A DNA stretch of 63,813 nt, filler included, from Olpidium bornovanus S191 (Eukaryota > Fungi > Olpidiomycota): NCBI GenBank assembly GCA_017911155.1. It is 32 parts of 32 records of this genome, joined end to end, with 100 filler letters (N's around TTAATTAATTAA, not from the genome) between each part and the next. Parts side by side here need not be neighbours in the genome. Positions count along the whole stretch, not along the records: positions 36,221 to 38,142 come from JAEFCI010013479.1; positions 38,243 to 39,855 come from JAEFCI010008606.1; positions 39,956 to 42,158 come from JAEFCI010005995.1; positions 42,259 to 44,830 come from JAEFCI010010009.1; positions 44,931 to 46,081 come from JAEFCI010010289.1; positions 46,182 to 47,956 come from JAEFCI010006449.1; positions 48,057 to 49,712 come from JAEFCI010007051.1; 25 more parts are not named here. One strand, 5' to 3'. The notes below the pieces were generated by a model, which saw only the letters and a program-made list of their open reading frames with translations, had not been told where the DNA came from and made no database searches. Shown one piece after another: positions 37,129 to 49,812 of this stretch. Numbering within the stretch: the first letter of the stretch is position 1; each line of letters starts with the position of its first letter. The translations under genes and the position numbers were made by a program.

Positions 37129-37257
37129 ACACGTAAAAAAAAAAAAAAAGCCGCTGCCCCTTCACTTCCGCCCGGTTTCGTCCGCCGCAGACTCACAACA
37201 CAACCCAGCGGACGCACCGCCACGCTCGCCGCCCGCCGCCGCAGATTGGCCAGCCTG

Positions 37258-38142
37258 ATGATCGACGAGTTCGTCGCAGCGCAAATGGCCGTGCTCGGCC
37301 TGGAGGACGACGTGAGCCCCGCCGGGTATTATTCCTCGGATACTCGTTCTCCGCTTTCTGCGGCATTCCCACTCCGAATTCCCTCGAAGTTTTCGGTTCC
37401 CTCCCGCAGCCCGCCCTCGCGCGCGCTCGTTCCCTTTTTGCGTCGCCGCGTCATCCTCGGTGATAACAGCTGCACCCTCCCCACGTGAAGCCTCGCCTTT
37501 ACTTATTCTTTTGATTGCCCTTGTCGCTCCACCCCCCCGGGCCTTCTTCCCCTTTTAGGCCTTCGCCGAATACGTACTGCAGCTGGCTAGAGAGGACACT
37601 ATGAACCGCGACGAGAAGACTGACGCGATAACCGCTTTTCTGGCAGACGCCACGGTAAAAGACGAACGGCAGGATTTTGGCCGTCAGGACCGACCGCCGC
37701 AGGGGCTGCACCTGGGCGGTAGGTCGCGCCCGGTCGCCCCTCGCGGCGACGTCCCCCCCAGCTGAGCGATGCATTCGCCCACCTCCCTCTTTCCCCCGCC
37801 CCCACACCTCCTTTTCCGCACGACACGCCCTTGCTGCCATGCAGGACGCGCCCGTGGACGACTTCGTGAAGGAGCTGCTGGGCAGGTGCGATGCGGCGCG
37901 CGAGGAGGCAGCTCGTCTGGCGGCGGAAACCCGAGCAGGGCTCGCGGCGAAGTCAGAGGGTCGGTCGGCAAATATGTTCGCCGGAATTTTCGACCGAAAA
38001 CGGGGATGCGGGAGGAGGGGGGAGGTGGCGCTGGGGGGCAACCTTCTGTCTTTATTTTGAAAGTCGGTTGGGCACGGCCGCCCCCGCCGCCGCAACGCCG
38101 CAACAGCAGCAGCAGCCTGCCGCAGCGACCGGAAAGGCCGCC
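37258..38142 (+). CDS. CCDC43: CCDC43-like protein, 3'-partial (exons 37258-37311, 37559-37654, 37845-37959)
   Basis: MIDEFVAAQMAVLGLEDD|AFAEYVLQLAREDTMNRDEKTDAITAFLADAT|DAPVDDFVKELLGRC; junctions are phase-compatible. Confidence 0.65.
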
Positions 38143-38774
38143 NNNNNNNNNNNNNNNNNNNNNNNNNNNNNNNNNNNNNNNNNNNNTTAATTAATTAANN
38201 NNNNNNNNNNNNNNNNNNNNNNNNNNNNNNNNNNNNNNNNNNACATGATTAAATGAGACGAACAACGGCATTATGCCGCTTTTGTTCTGAACCGGGATTG
38301 ATCATACCATATGCCACCAACAAATCATACGTCCTACTCAGCACGCGCGCTCAGTTCCTGCCGCCCGCGCGCAGACACCCCGCCCCCCCTCCCCCTGCCC
38401 GCAAACTCGCGGCTGGGCAAGCACATACTGTCCGTTCGCGCGTACCGCGCCTCGCTTACCGTCCACCCTACCTCCGTCAACTGCCTTTCCGTCCAAAAGA
38501 AAAACCTCAGACATAATCAATCGCCGCACAAACTGATGAGCTAGTCCCGAAATGCTATTTTGCTCATTCTTCCCACCGGTCACATCTCGAAACAGAAAAA
38601 CAGAAAACCTAAAAGTAAGTCCTACAAGCTGAACGAAGCCGCTGGGAGCGAAAAAGAAAGCGTAATTCTGCAAAGCACAGTCCGGGCAAAGTGCGTAACG
38701 CAAACACGAGGGAGGCGGCCGGCGGGGCAGTGGACAATTCCGCCTTTCAAAGAGCAAACGCCCGACCCATCGTT

Positions 38775-39571
38775 TCACTCCTCCTTGCTTATTTTCTTTA
38801 CAAGGGCTTCGAACTTGTACGGCGTGACTTTGTGCGTCCTGAGTCGATTTAGCCAGTCAGCTTTGAAACCAGCAAAATTTGCAAACAAAAATTGCAACGC
38901 AAAACAACGAGGCGGGCAAACAAATTATTATTGCTTTCTTAACTGGTTGTTCTGTGCGTAAACGGAAAAGTAGAATAAAGCGCGTCAAGGCCACTGGCGA
39001 AACAGCCGGCGTCCGCGTCTTTTGAGAACGGGCGGCAAAAACACTATCTCCGGCTGTCTAACCTCGATCACAAAACGCGGGTGCGCCTCGTCAGCCTTGA
39101 CGTTGTGCGGGGAGGATCCAGCCTCCTGCAGCCCGCAATTTAGTTTACAAAAAAAAAACGAGTAATTTATCGAGAACGGGAGAATATGAGGGGGAGAGAG
39201 AGAGACAGCCGTCAGGGTGAGCTACGTCCAGACATTTACTTCCAGACATTTTATTTTGGACCTCAAGAGGAAAGTTGTGGACGCACCTGCGTATGCGTGA
39301 TTATCGACTTGATCACTCCCGTCGATGTCACAGATGATCCCGTCGGGTGGTACTACGGCGGACAAATCAAAAGACGACGGAGAAAACCGCCGCGAAACAA
39401 CAAACAGGAAGCTGGTCAGGCTCCACTGCGGGCACCTGCTCCTCTCACGCGCACCGTAGGACAAAGGAAAAGGGGTGAGGGCAAGGTCGGGGCGCGGACC
39501 TCAACTTCGTCGTTGATTTTGTAACCTTGGTACTCCTGGACGTCCGGCTTCGGCACGCCCTCTTCGCCCAT
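38775..39571 (-). CDS. Hva1-TUDOR (DUF2945-like) small protein, complete 90 aa; exons 39571-39500, 39352-39287, 39125-39063, 38951-38944, 38838-38775
   Basis: MGEEGVPKPDVQEYQGYKINDEVE|YHPTGSSVTSTGVIKSIITHTQ|EAGSSPHNVKADEAHPRFVIE|NNQ|THKVTPYKFEALVKKISKEE*; all introns GT-AG. Confidence 0.78.
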
Positions 39572-40135
39572 TTTGGGAGAAATTATCTTTCACAAGAGGG
39601 AGGGGATCGTGAACTCCGACTGCGCGATTTTCCGTTAAGACGCTTCCTCTTCGCTTTCTTTCCTGCAAGCGGTTCTCTTTTTTTATCCTTTGTTTATTTT
39701 GATTGCCTCCTTTTTGTCCGTTTTCCGGAATGCAGGGCGGGAGGTAAACGGCGCCTTCCCTGCTTTTTTTTTTAATTCTTTTTTTCTTTTTTTTGGTCGC
39801 AGACTCGGTCGAAGGGGTAGTAGGGGAGGGCGTGTCCTCCTTGTCTTCCCCATGANNNNNNNNNNNNNNNNNNNNNNNNNNNNNNNNNNNNNNNNNNNNT
39901 TAATTAATTAANNNNNNNNNNNNNNNNNNNNNNNNNNNNNNNNNNNNNNNNNNNNCGTCATGTTCTCGAGATATATGGTATTCAACGAGTTGAGGATGCT
40001 CGGGACTTGAAGTCTGCGCGCGCTGCTCGGGAAGGAAAAAGGAAGGAAAAAGGGATGACCAGCGCACGGTACAGTGCCCGCGTCCACGCCCCCCGAGCCG
40101 GGCGCGAGGTGCTCTTTTTTTTCGTTCTCAGGCGG

Positions 40136-40651
40136 CTACTCGATTTCCGCCTCTTCTCTTGCCATCGCCTTTCCAACGTCTTGTGCGTAAAGCACGCCAC
40201 CTGTTGCTTTTGCGATAATTTGTGCACGTAGGGGAACGTAAGGCCCGTCCATCTTCAATAGCCGTAGCCCAAGACGAGGGACGCAACCGTGCGAAACGAT
40301 GTAATCGCTCCAGCGCACTTAATGCTTGGTGATTTATATCATCCTCAAATAAATCCTCAATAAGGTCATCTGGGTGAGATGTCTTCCGTTATCCACACAT
40401 TTCCGCATTTGAATCGTCACGCATGTGCTCCTGACGAAAGGCGTGGTGGGGGGCGGATGTTCCCAGCACCATTCTCCGCACCGGAGATCGTCTCTTTTTC
40501 CGCGCATTTTCCGCAGCAGCGTCAAAAAACGGATGCTCTTCCTTGGACAGAAGACGCTAATCCCGCGGCTCACGGAGCATAAGGTTTCCATCTCCGTTTC
40601 CGATGGAACACAGAGGGCCTTCGGTTTATCGTAGTTCACACATCTCCACAT
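40136..40651 (-). pseudogene. Degenerate unassigned reading frame with two in-frame TAA
   Basis: ORFs 40651-40334 and 40318-40136 share a frame and are separated by TAA at 40336-40334 and 40321-40319; no family recognised. Confidence 0.3.
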
Positions 40652-41008
40652 GAACCGGCACTGTTATCGCCTTCATGTCGAGATCAGCCGGAATTGTCCA
40701 ACAATGATTCCAACACATAGCCAGCAACAATTCAACGTGATCTCATTTCATGGTAGTATATCCCGGCATCAACCAGGCCTTTACAAATGAGAAACGAATG
40801 CGTGGTGCAGATCTAGGTAGTGCGTTTATATGGCCTCGCATACCGGTGCGCAGAATCCAATTATGTGGTACCTGTACTGGCGGCTTGTTCAAAAGCATGC
40901 AATAAATGACAGCAAGTAGGTAATTTCTGCGACATTATGGTTTTGGCGCCACCACGCTGGTGCGATACGCACCGGGTCTAGGTCGTTCCGCACGCTCGTC
41001 CTCGGCTT

Positions 41009-41175
41009 CTGCGTCGCTCCGCGCGCTATTCCTCGGCCGCTGCGTCGCTCCGCGCGCTCTCGGCTGCGTTGCTCCACGCGCTCCTGCGGCTTCTGCGGTG
41101 CTCCGCGCGCTCTCCCTCGGCCGCTGCGGCGGTCGCTCCGAGCCCTCCTACGGCTGCTGCGGTCGCACCGACGAT
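41009..41175 (+). repeat. Degenerate GC-rich minisatellite (core CTGCGTCGCTCCGCGCGCT), about 6 copies of 24-31 bp
   Basis: Core visible at about 41009, 41040, 41064 and 41093, decaying further downstream. Confidence 0.8.
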
Positions 41176-41537
41176 TCACGGCAGAGTCCCGTTGCGGTTC
41201 ACGGACAGGGCGCCGTTGGGCTTATAACCTGTTGTATTCTTCGGGAGGTTTCGCGGAGCTACGTTGTTTACAGGAAGGGTAACTGACCTCGGGGGAAAAA
41301 CGTAACCGTTACCATAACCCAGCAGCATTATCAATCAGGATATCAGCTTGAAGCTGATTGAACTAACCGGGGGCGGAAGTTGCGAGTTCTGTCATCATGG
41401 CCTCAAACTCGCATAGTTCGGTCGCAACCGAACCCTCCTCTGCCGCAGCCGAGGAACCTCTAACAAAATGGAACTCCACGCGAGAAGTGGCCACAGCCTT
41501 GTACTTCTTTAATTCCTGGTATTTTTGTATAAGATAC

Positions 41538-41650
41538 TCAGGAACGGCACACACTTTGCATGTAACCGGGCCGTTCACACTTGTAGCAGCGGCCGTCATC
41601 CTTCTGGTCATGAAATATCTTTTGGATCCCGCCCGCAGGCTGGCCAGGTG
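41538..41650 (-). mobile_element. Degenerate gag zinc knuckle (CCHC with His replaced by Tyr)
   Basis: DGRCYKCERPGYMQSVC (C-x2-C-x4-[H>Y]-x4-C) at 41588-41547, followed by a stop. Confidence 0.6.
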
Positions 41651-42258
41651 TTGCTCTTCCGGGTGAGCTGCCACCCCGACGACGGCGACGGCGGCGCACG
41701 GGGCTCGGCGACGGCGGAAGGCAACGCCGCGGCAGAAGGCGCGCGGCGGAGGCTCTCTCGGTGAACAGGCGTGCGGCGAAGAGGCGACGGTTGCGCGCGG
41801 CGGGGGCTCGACGGCAGAGATGCAGCACGCGCGGATGGTGGCGCGGCAGCAGAAGGCGACGACTGCGGCGCGCGGCGCGCGGGTCTCGGCGACGGCGGGA
41901 GGCGGCGCGGCGAGTCCTGACGACGACGGAAGGCAGAGGCGGCGCACGGGGAGGCTCCTTTTCTTTTTCCGCGCGGGAGGTGCTGGTGACGTACTGGAGG
42001 GGCAGGCCTCCGAGGCGCAGATCCGCGAGCTCATCAACATGCTGAAAATGCCTTGGTCGAGCACAGTCTTCTTCCGCGGTGGAAGGGCGCTCGGCGGAAA
42101 GCGTGGGCGGGGAAAAGCGGGGGGAGGCCCCGGAAGAGGGAATGACGTTGCACCACAGNNNNNNNNNNNNNNNNNNNNNNNNNNNNNNNNNNNNNNNNNN
42201 NNTTAATTAATTAANNNNNNNNNNNNNNNNNNNNNNNNNNNNNNNNNNNNNNNNNNNN

Positions 42259-42379
<121 letters not shown>

Positions 42380-42642
42380 GGACGCGACGGCCGACCGGCT
42401 GAAAGAGAACCGCCCAGCCCGAGACCCTCGGCCGCGCACCAGACCCGCCCCGGCCGCACCGCGCGCCCTGCTGGATCCCGAGGAGGAGGGGAACACGGTG
42501 CTGCGGCGCCCCGCGGAAACGACCGGCCTCCGCGTCCCCCCGCCGCGCTCCCCGATAAGGAAAGGCCCCACTCCTCTTCCCTCCTCGCGACTCTGGAAAG
42601 CCGTCCTATCGCAGTAACGTTGTCGAAGAAGCAATTGGAGAA

Positions 42643-44776
42643 ATGATGGCCGACGCGAGATCTCCTGTCTCCCCTGCCGGCAACGGACTCGCCACGCTGT
42701 CTAAAGACGCGGGCGACACAGAGAAGTTTCCGTCCACGTCTTCTCCCTCGTCTCCCGCGCCGGACAAATCCCGCCCGGACTGCGGCGCAGCCAACGCCGT
42801 GGTTGGAAACGGCAGGGTCGACCCGGTGAGTCAATCTGGCGGCCTGCTCGGCTCAGCGGCCGCGGCGTGCTGCGACGATCACGGGAGACGCCATGCGAAC
42901 GGGGCTCCCTCGCCTGGGCGCGCTGCAAAATTTCGTCCGAGGCACTGCTTTCCGAGAAATCCGTGGCTACTTGCGGCACGCCCTAATCTTGTAAGGCTAT
43001 CAGGAGCTTATTCCAGAACATCCCGTTTACGGTCCACATTTGGCAGTGCGATGAAACGCCACAGCATCGTAAAGTTTGCTTCGCGAAAACTGTCGACGGG
43101 AACGATTTCGAACCGGAGGTATCGTAAGCGCTTCTTCACTTGCAGCCCGCGATGAACCTACTCGACGATAGCTAAATTCGACTTCTTCATTCGTCGGTTT
43201 TGATTCGTATGCCTCCCGTCATGTCTCGCGCGCCATATTGAAACGATTTGCAGAGACACTATTATCCACGCGTCCTGAATGCGGCGATACACCCGCTGAT
43301 CGGCTCCTTTTTCTCTCTTGGAAACGAGCGCATTGTTGCGCGCTACGCGCATCTCAATCCAAATGTTAACCAGGATGTCCTTCGTATCCTCCTTTCGTAC
43401 AGTCCGGAATTTTTTCAATGGGCTGGTATGTTGGTTTGTGCGGCACTTTTCCGTCTTCCTTTCCGCTCTGCCTTTTTTTTCTCAAGTTGCTTACGTGCCG
43501 TCTTAGCGCGATTGCCGCCGCTGCGAACTCTGGAAATGCATAGATAATGCGCTTACAGTCACCTGTTCTCACAACGGATTTGGCTTTGCGCGAAGGTTCG
43601 GACCTTTTCAATGTCACGACAGCTGACGGCCGCAGGCAGATGATTATTGTAGAGACGAACAGCTGGTGAGCGTGCCCTTCAGTCCGCATCGACCTGTCTC
43701 GGTGGATTTGAAGCCGTAACATACCGGACCATTCCTAGTCCGAGTGGGCAGAAGTCCATGCCGCTCCTCGAGGAGCAGGGTAATGAGCAAGGCGGTTACC
43801 GCGTGGTTCTCGAATCAGCGTTCAAGAGCTCTTTGGAACGTGCTGATCCCAGCCTAGGAGACCTTGCTGTTGTGTACGACAAGAACGGCATGGAAGCCTC
43901 GGGGTACGCGGCGGCCATGGCCGAAGTTACGAAGGAACGCGTTTGGTTGGTGGAGTATTACGATTGGGACCTCGACCCACCAGTCAAGTGGGATGATGGG
44001 GCCATGTCAGTGAAGGACAAGGATGGAGGTGGGCGAAATTTAGTTGCGTGCACGTTATTTGTCCGTACAGTTATTTCTAAATCGAAAAGTATGCCGCCGT
44101 TGACCGTAATACGGGCCTGCGCTTGGTGGTCTCTGAATGTATTGTAGTATGGCACCCTATCCGTGCTTGTTTCCGATACGTGACCCAGAAACCTTGGAAC
44201 CGGTTTCCGTTGTCCACGAAGACGGTGGTGACTAACTCCATAACTGCGTGCCTTTCCGGTGGGCGCAATAAGGTAAGAGCGCGCTACCGGGTCCGTATGG
44301 TTGAGTCCGATGCGCACTAGATGATCACACGTGTCGCTCATCTTTCGCAGATGATGGCCGCCTACGCGTACGAACTGTTCAACTCCCAAGTAGAGGAATC
44401 GGGATTGGCCGTGCGTGCGCCCGAGACCATCCGAAGCGTGTCGCGCCACGAGATTCCAATGTGGGTGGACTCCATGGGCGGACACGCCGTGCTCAAGGTA
44501 CCTTACTCCAATGCCGGCCAAGGCGTCTACACCATCACCAATCCGGAGGAGTTGCGGTGGTTCATGGCAGCGCATCACGATTACGATAAATTCATCGTGC
44601 AAAGCCTGGTCGGAAATGCGTCGTGGAGCAGCACGACGAAAGCTGGGAAGTTTTATCACGTCGGCACTATCCCCAACAAGCACATCAACACGTTTGTCAC
44701 CGACTTGCGCATGATGGTCACTGCAGACAAGACTGGGTTCCGTCCCGTCTGTATATATGCCAGGAAGGCAAGAAAG
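42643..44776 (+). CDS. Uncharacterised ATP-grasp fold enzyme (apparently circularly permuted), multi-exon, 3'-partial
   Basis: Phase-compatible exons: [32 protein letters not shown]|[67 protein letters not shown]. Confidence 0.75.
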
Positions 44777-46181
44777 GTTGGTTTTCCCGTCAAATTTCGA
44801 GCCGAGTGGGTTTTACCAACCGGGACCTCGNNNNNNNNNNNNNNNNNNNNNNNNNNNNNNNNNNNNNNNNNNNNTTAATTAATTAANNNNNNNNNNNNNN
44901 NNNNNNNNNNNNNNNNNNNNNNNNNNNNNNCATGAAAGGGGTCAACGCAGCTTGCACGGCCGAGTAGAATCTGTAGCGAATCCTTCTGGTTGCTCCACGA
45001 ACAGTTTTTAGGATTCGTCATTCAGGGATGCGGGTACGACATCTCGTTGCCTTTGTTTCCCTTGGTTTTGTGTTGTGTGTATTTCGTGAGTCCGATCGTC
45101 GAGGGGTTTTGTCATATCCGTGCCGATCTCTTTCGGGTTTTTCCTCGTCCACTGCAATTGAAAAGCTCGTCTGGTTCCATATCTGCTTGTAAGCTTGAGA
45201 CCCGTCCATCGTCACGTCGCACCTCTCGACCACGTGTCGGTGGACGGATTCCACAGGCAATATGCGCCGCCGCTGGTGCGGCGCGCGCCTGCTCCCGTTC
45301 GCCCACCAATGCAACGGTGGGACCCGCGAGGCCCGTGCGCCCGCTGGCTCCGGCGCCGTCGACAATGGTTCCCCACTATCAGCGCGCCGGCTGCACCACG
45401 CCGTCCTGGACCTCCATGGCCACATCACCCATTTGAATGGCGGCCGTGCCTGCTCGCTATCCGTCGGGCGATCCGCCTTGCGACCCACCACGGGGTCCCG
45501 CCTGTCCAAATTCCAGGACGGTCTGACAAATACCACTTGCCCTAAACCTGTACCGTCCAACGGACAGATGCGCCCCATTGGCCAGGCGGACAGCATGCTT
45601 TCGCATGGGCTGCAACAAAAGTTGGCGTACTCGCTTCGCCGGTGGTCCACCTCGTCGCACCACATGTCGCACAACATGAGTTATTGTTTTCCGGCATCGA
45701 CGTCAGCGACGGGCCGGGTCTGCTTCTTCCAACAACGTCACGCCCCAGAATTCTCGCATCAACTCCATGGGCGATGGGTTGATTCGAATCGTATCGACAA
45801 TGACAAATTTTCCGACACCGCACCTTTTGGCCGAAAAGCGCAGAACATCCTCCTGGAGACGAAGCACCCGGGGACATACGGTCCAACTCGGCTCGCTAAC
45901 GCTGGCGACGATTAGAAAAAAAAATTCCAAATCGCCCGAAGCTCAGCGTTGGCGACACGGCATGTTTTTCCCTTTTATTCTCGTTTTTCTTCTTGCGTCG
46001 CGGCGCACACAAACCCCGCGAAAACACCAGAAACAAAGAAAAAAAATGCTAAGTCTCGGCTTCAACCACAGGCACAATCGCNNNNNNNNNNNNNNNNNNN
46101 NNNNNNNNNNNNNNNNNNNNNNNNNTTAATTAATTAANNNNNNNNNNNNNNNNNNNNNNNNNNNNNNNNNNNNNNNNNNNN

Positions 46182-47739
46182 CATGCAGAGACCGCCGGTC
46201 GATAACCGCGTCCGGTGTAATGATAATATCGGGACGCCGGTCCAGAGAGTCGTGCGGGATTTGCGTGGGAACGATCTGCTCGCGCAGCGCCAAAGCCACT
46301 GGGCCGCGCAAATTCGGAAGAGGCGGCGGGGGGGATCCCCGTCGGGAAGGGACGTTAACGTCCACGGCGACAAGGCCCGCTGGCGGGCGGCTCAACCCGG
46401 CACCGATGCGGACGCCGCACCTGTCACCGGCATTTTCCTGTTCGCAACCGCGGTCCGGCTTTCGCAACTCTCCAGGTATTTATCGTAAAACCTGTAACGT
46501 AGGACAGGAGGGCACGTGGAAGGTTTGGACACGTCAATCCAGTGTAGAATCTTTTCAGCCGCTCGCGCCTATGCTCACCCCTTGCCCTGCCCTAGCCTGT
46601 TACCGAACCTGTCGAACGCCAGGCCTGGCGAAAACGTTTTCGAGGGGATTCGAAGCGTTACAAACAAGCCAACGCGTCACGCTCCAAAACTGTAACCGCG
46701 CGTACCGGGCATTACGATAAGATCGAGGCCTCCCGTGTCGAGTGCTGCGCGGTTCGTTCGCCTTTGTCAGCAGGTGGCGCCGGTGGGCGGCCTACGTCTA
46801 TCCGATGACGAGACCGGGTTTTTTTTTATTGCAAGCACTGCCCTCCGGCGGGGGGAAAACGCGGAACGCCGTCGTGGACGTCCTGCCCTCGCACCTTCTT
46901 CTCTCTGTTCGTCCGGACCCGGTTCCGGGATATCCCATTTGTTTTTCGCCAGCGACCGGTAATCCTCCATCGATTGCAGTTTGACCATGTCCTAAGACAG
47001 AGGCACCGTCGTCACCGTCCATCTTCAGTCGGAAAAAACCTTCGGGGGCGCACAGCCTGCCCCGTCCGCGCACCATGTGGGCGCCGTCGCACCGCGGAAC
47101 AAAGCATAATTTATCTACAAGGCCAAAGGGGCCAGAGATGGAAGGAGGGGTAGGGGGGGGGGAAGGGGGGGGGAAGCCCCTGAGTAAAAGTCGCAAAACC
47201 GGCGCTGTCTTCATCGTTCCGGCGACGGGAAAAAGCAATCGCCTCCCCCCGCCCTCTTTCTCCTCGCCCGCGGGCCAAAAAGCAAAGCCGACGTGACCGG
47301 ACCCGCCGCACCTTTACGGAATATGTCGGCGATGACATCCCTGGTGCACACCTCGCTGGAGACGCCGATGTAGACGGCGATGCGCCTGCTCAAGCCGTAT
47401 TCGCCGCTGGCGAGCAGGCGCCTCGTGACGGCGGCGGCTGAAGGGAACGCGACGCGAGGAAAAAAGAGATCCCGGCGCGCAACCGCGTCGGGGGAGGAGG
47501 GGGGCCGAGTGCGGTTGCTGTAGTCGTTGTTGTTGTTGAAAGCGCCGCACGGAAAAAATTTTCGGGGTTTACCGCGGAACGCCCCGGTGCGAGCGGGCTC
47601 GGTTGAGAACGGTGGGGGGGATGGGGGTGCACTCACTCTGCTCCTCGATTTCCTCCTTCGACATCAGGGCCAGCCTTCCGCGGACCTCCTTCCTGAGGCG
47701 GTTTTTCAGGTGCCGCAGGCTGGGGGCGGTCTTGGTCAT
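46182..47739 (-). CDS. FAU1: 5-formyltetrahydrofolate cyclo-ligase (MTHFS), about 8 exons, 3' end at the contig edge
   Basis: KNRLRKEVRGRL, IAVYIGVSSEVCT, CFVPRC, KNKWDIPEP, LDLIVMPG|LAFDRFGNRLGQGKG|FYDKYL, VALALREQIV...DRRPDIIITP. Confidence 0.93.
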
Positions 47740-48682
47740 CGCCCCTGGCGGGGACGGTGGGGTTGTGCGGAGGTCTCGTGTGTGTGGGTGTAAGAGGGGC
47801 TTCGGGGCGGGAGAGAGGGGGGGGGGGGGGAATTTCTATTATAAAAGTAGAGCCGAGAGGGTATTCGGGAACCCGCAGGCGGAGGAGCGGTGAACCCGTA
47901 AGACCGGTAGAAGGAAGAGAACTGTATATTTTTGTCGACTTTCTAGCTCGGCGAGGNNNNNNNNNNNNNNNNNNNNNNNNNNNNNNNNNNNNNNNNNNNN
48001 TTAATTAATTAANNNNNNNNNNNNNNNNNNNNNNNNNNNNNNNNNNNNNNNNNNNNGATGCCCGGGGGCGCGCGCGCGCGTTTGAGAACTGGAGCGGCCG
48101 CTGAAAACAGGTGGTGGATTTTGCGCGGGGGGCGGGGCTGCCCGACGAAAAGTCGGAAACTAACTGGAGCCGGCATGGAAGTCTCAAGAAGGGCTGCGCA
48201 TCACCCCGACTATACGTGTATTATGTGTTCAGCTCGTATAATGTTTCACGCGGCAATTTTGATCAAACGATATTTTGAGCGCGTGGGCGAGGCGGCGGCA
48301 TCGGCGGTCCTAACTTGCTGATCTTTTCTGTTGTCGATTTTCTCCCTTTGCCGCTCTGTTGATAATTTCTCTCACATTGCTTGATTTTCCCGCATGGAAA
48401 ACCCGCTAATCGGGACAAATAACGCTGTCTCCACAGTCCCACCCATCCCCCCCTTCCCCATCGCACTCTTCCCTTGATTTATTGCTGTACTTTCTTTTTA
48501 CTCTGCTACGGTTTGCGTGCGATCTGCTGACGACTCCCTCTCGTGCTTTTGCCTCTATTGAGCGCCTTACGGCATTTTGACCCTGCTCGGAAGATTCGCC
48601 GAAACTCGGCGAGTCCCTTTATCTCAGCGGCTTGGAAAAAAAAAACCGTTTTCGAATGTGCCTTCTCCCGAATCGACCTTCT

Positions 48683-49712
48683 TCAACTGCTGTCCTTCTT
48701 CGACTTTTTGTCCTTTTTCGATTTTTTGTCCTTCGCTGACGTTTTGTCCTTCGCTGACGTTTTGTCCTTCTTCAACTTTTTCGCTTTGGGCAAGTCGGCG
48801 TCGGACCCCGCGGTTTCCTCCGATTCCTCTGGCGCCGGCCGCTTCAATGACGGCGCCTTTGCGGGGAGAGCCGCGGCGTCCGCGGAAGTGTTGTACGTGC
48901 CGGGCGTCTGAGCGGGCACAAACTTTTTCTCACCGCGGGCGCTTGCGCCTGCTCCGCCGGGGGTTGATGATCTGCCGCTGGGCCCGCCAGCGATGCCCCT
49001 CTTCTCTGCTCTGTTGGCAAGCTGCTGGATTCTTGCCTCGAGTTTGGCGCGGTTCGCAATGCCGACCTCGGCAGTGTCCTTGTCGCCGAGGGCGTCAACG
49101 CGCACGGAAATGGCCGTCTTGGTGGCCACCATCCGCGCCACCTTGCCTTTGCTCCGCGGGTCGGCCTGCCCGACCAGGCTGGCGTGGTATAGGAGCCCGT
49201 ACTTGGGCGTGTCGTGCTTCGTTTTCAGCGCCCGGAACAGCGCCTTCTCCGCACCCAGGATCTGCACGGTCGACGCCGGGTGCTTGGCCAGGTTCATCAA
49301 CGAACCCGCGTGCGCAATCAGCCGCGCCCCTACCAGCTCGCCGACCAGCGTCGTCAGGTTTGGCGCAATCGCAGCCATCCGGTTTTGGAGATACTCGTAC
49401 AATTGCGCGCGGTACTCAGTTATGCTGATGATTTGGTCGGCCAGGTGCGTGATGTTCATTATGTCCTCTTCGCTGATCTGTCCGGAGTTCAATTTACAAC
49501 GGCAGGTGAGTCGAGCGCCCGCATATCAGGACATCGGCGAATGCAGTTGTTTTCCGCCGGCTACAAAATGGCCACCCACTGACCTCTGTCCCCATGGAAA
49601 TCTCCGCCGCCTCCTTCAGCTCCGCTTCCAACTCTTCGGGGAGGATGTCTGCAAAGTCTGTCGTCGCGGCATTGGACCTGAAACCCAGCTTTTTGATTAC
49701 CTTGGCATAGGC
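48683..49712 (-). CDS. NOP58: Box C/D snoRNP protein NOP58, 5'-partial
   Basis: EISMGTE|ISEEDI (intron 49583-49478), [58 protein letters not shown], and a KKD-repeat tail. Confidence 0.96.
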
Positions 49713-49812
49713 NNNNNNNNNNNNNNNNNNNNNNNNNNNNNNNNNNNNNNNNNNNNTTAATTAATTAANNNNNNNNNNNNNNNNNNNNNNNNNNNNNNNN
49801 NNNNNNNNNNNN

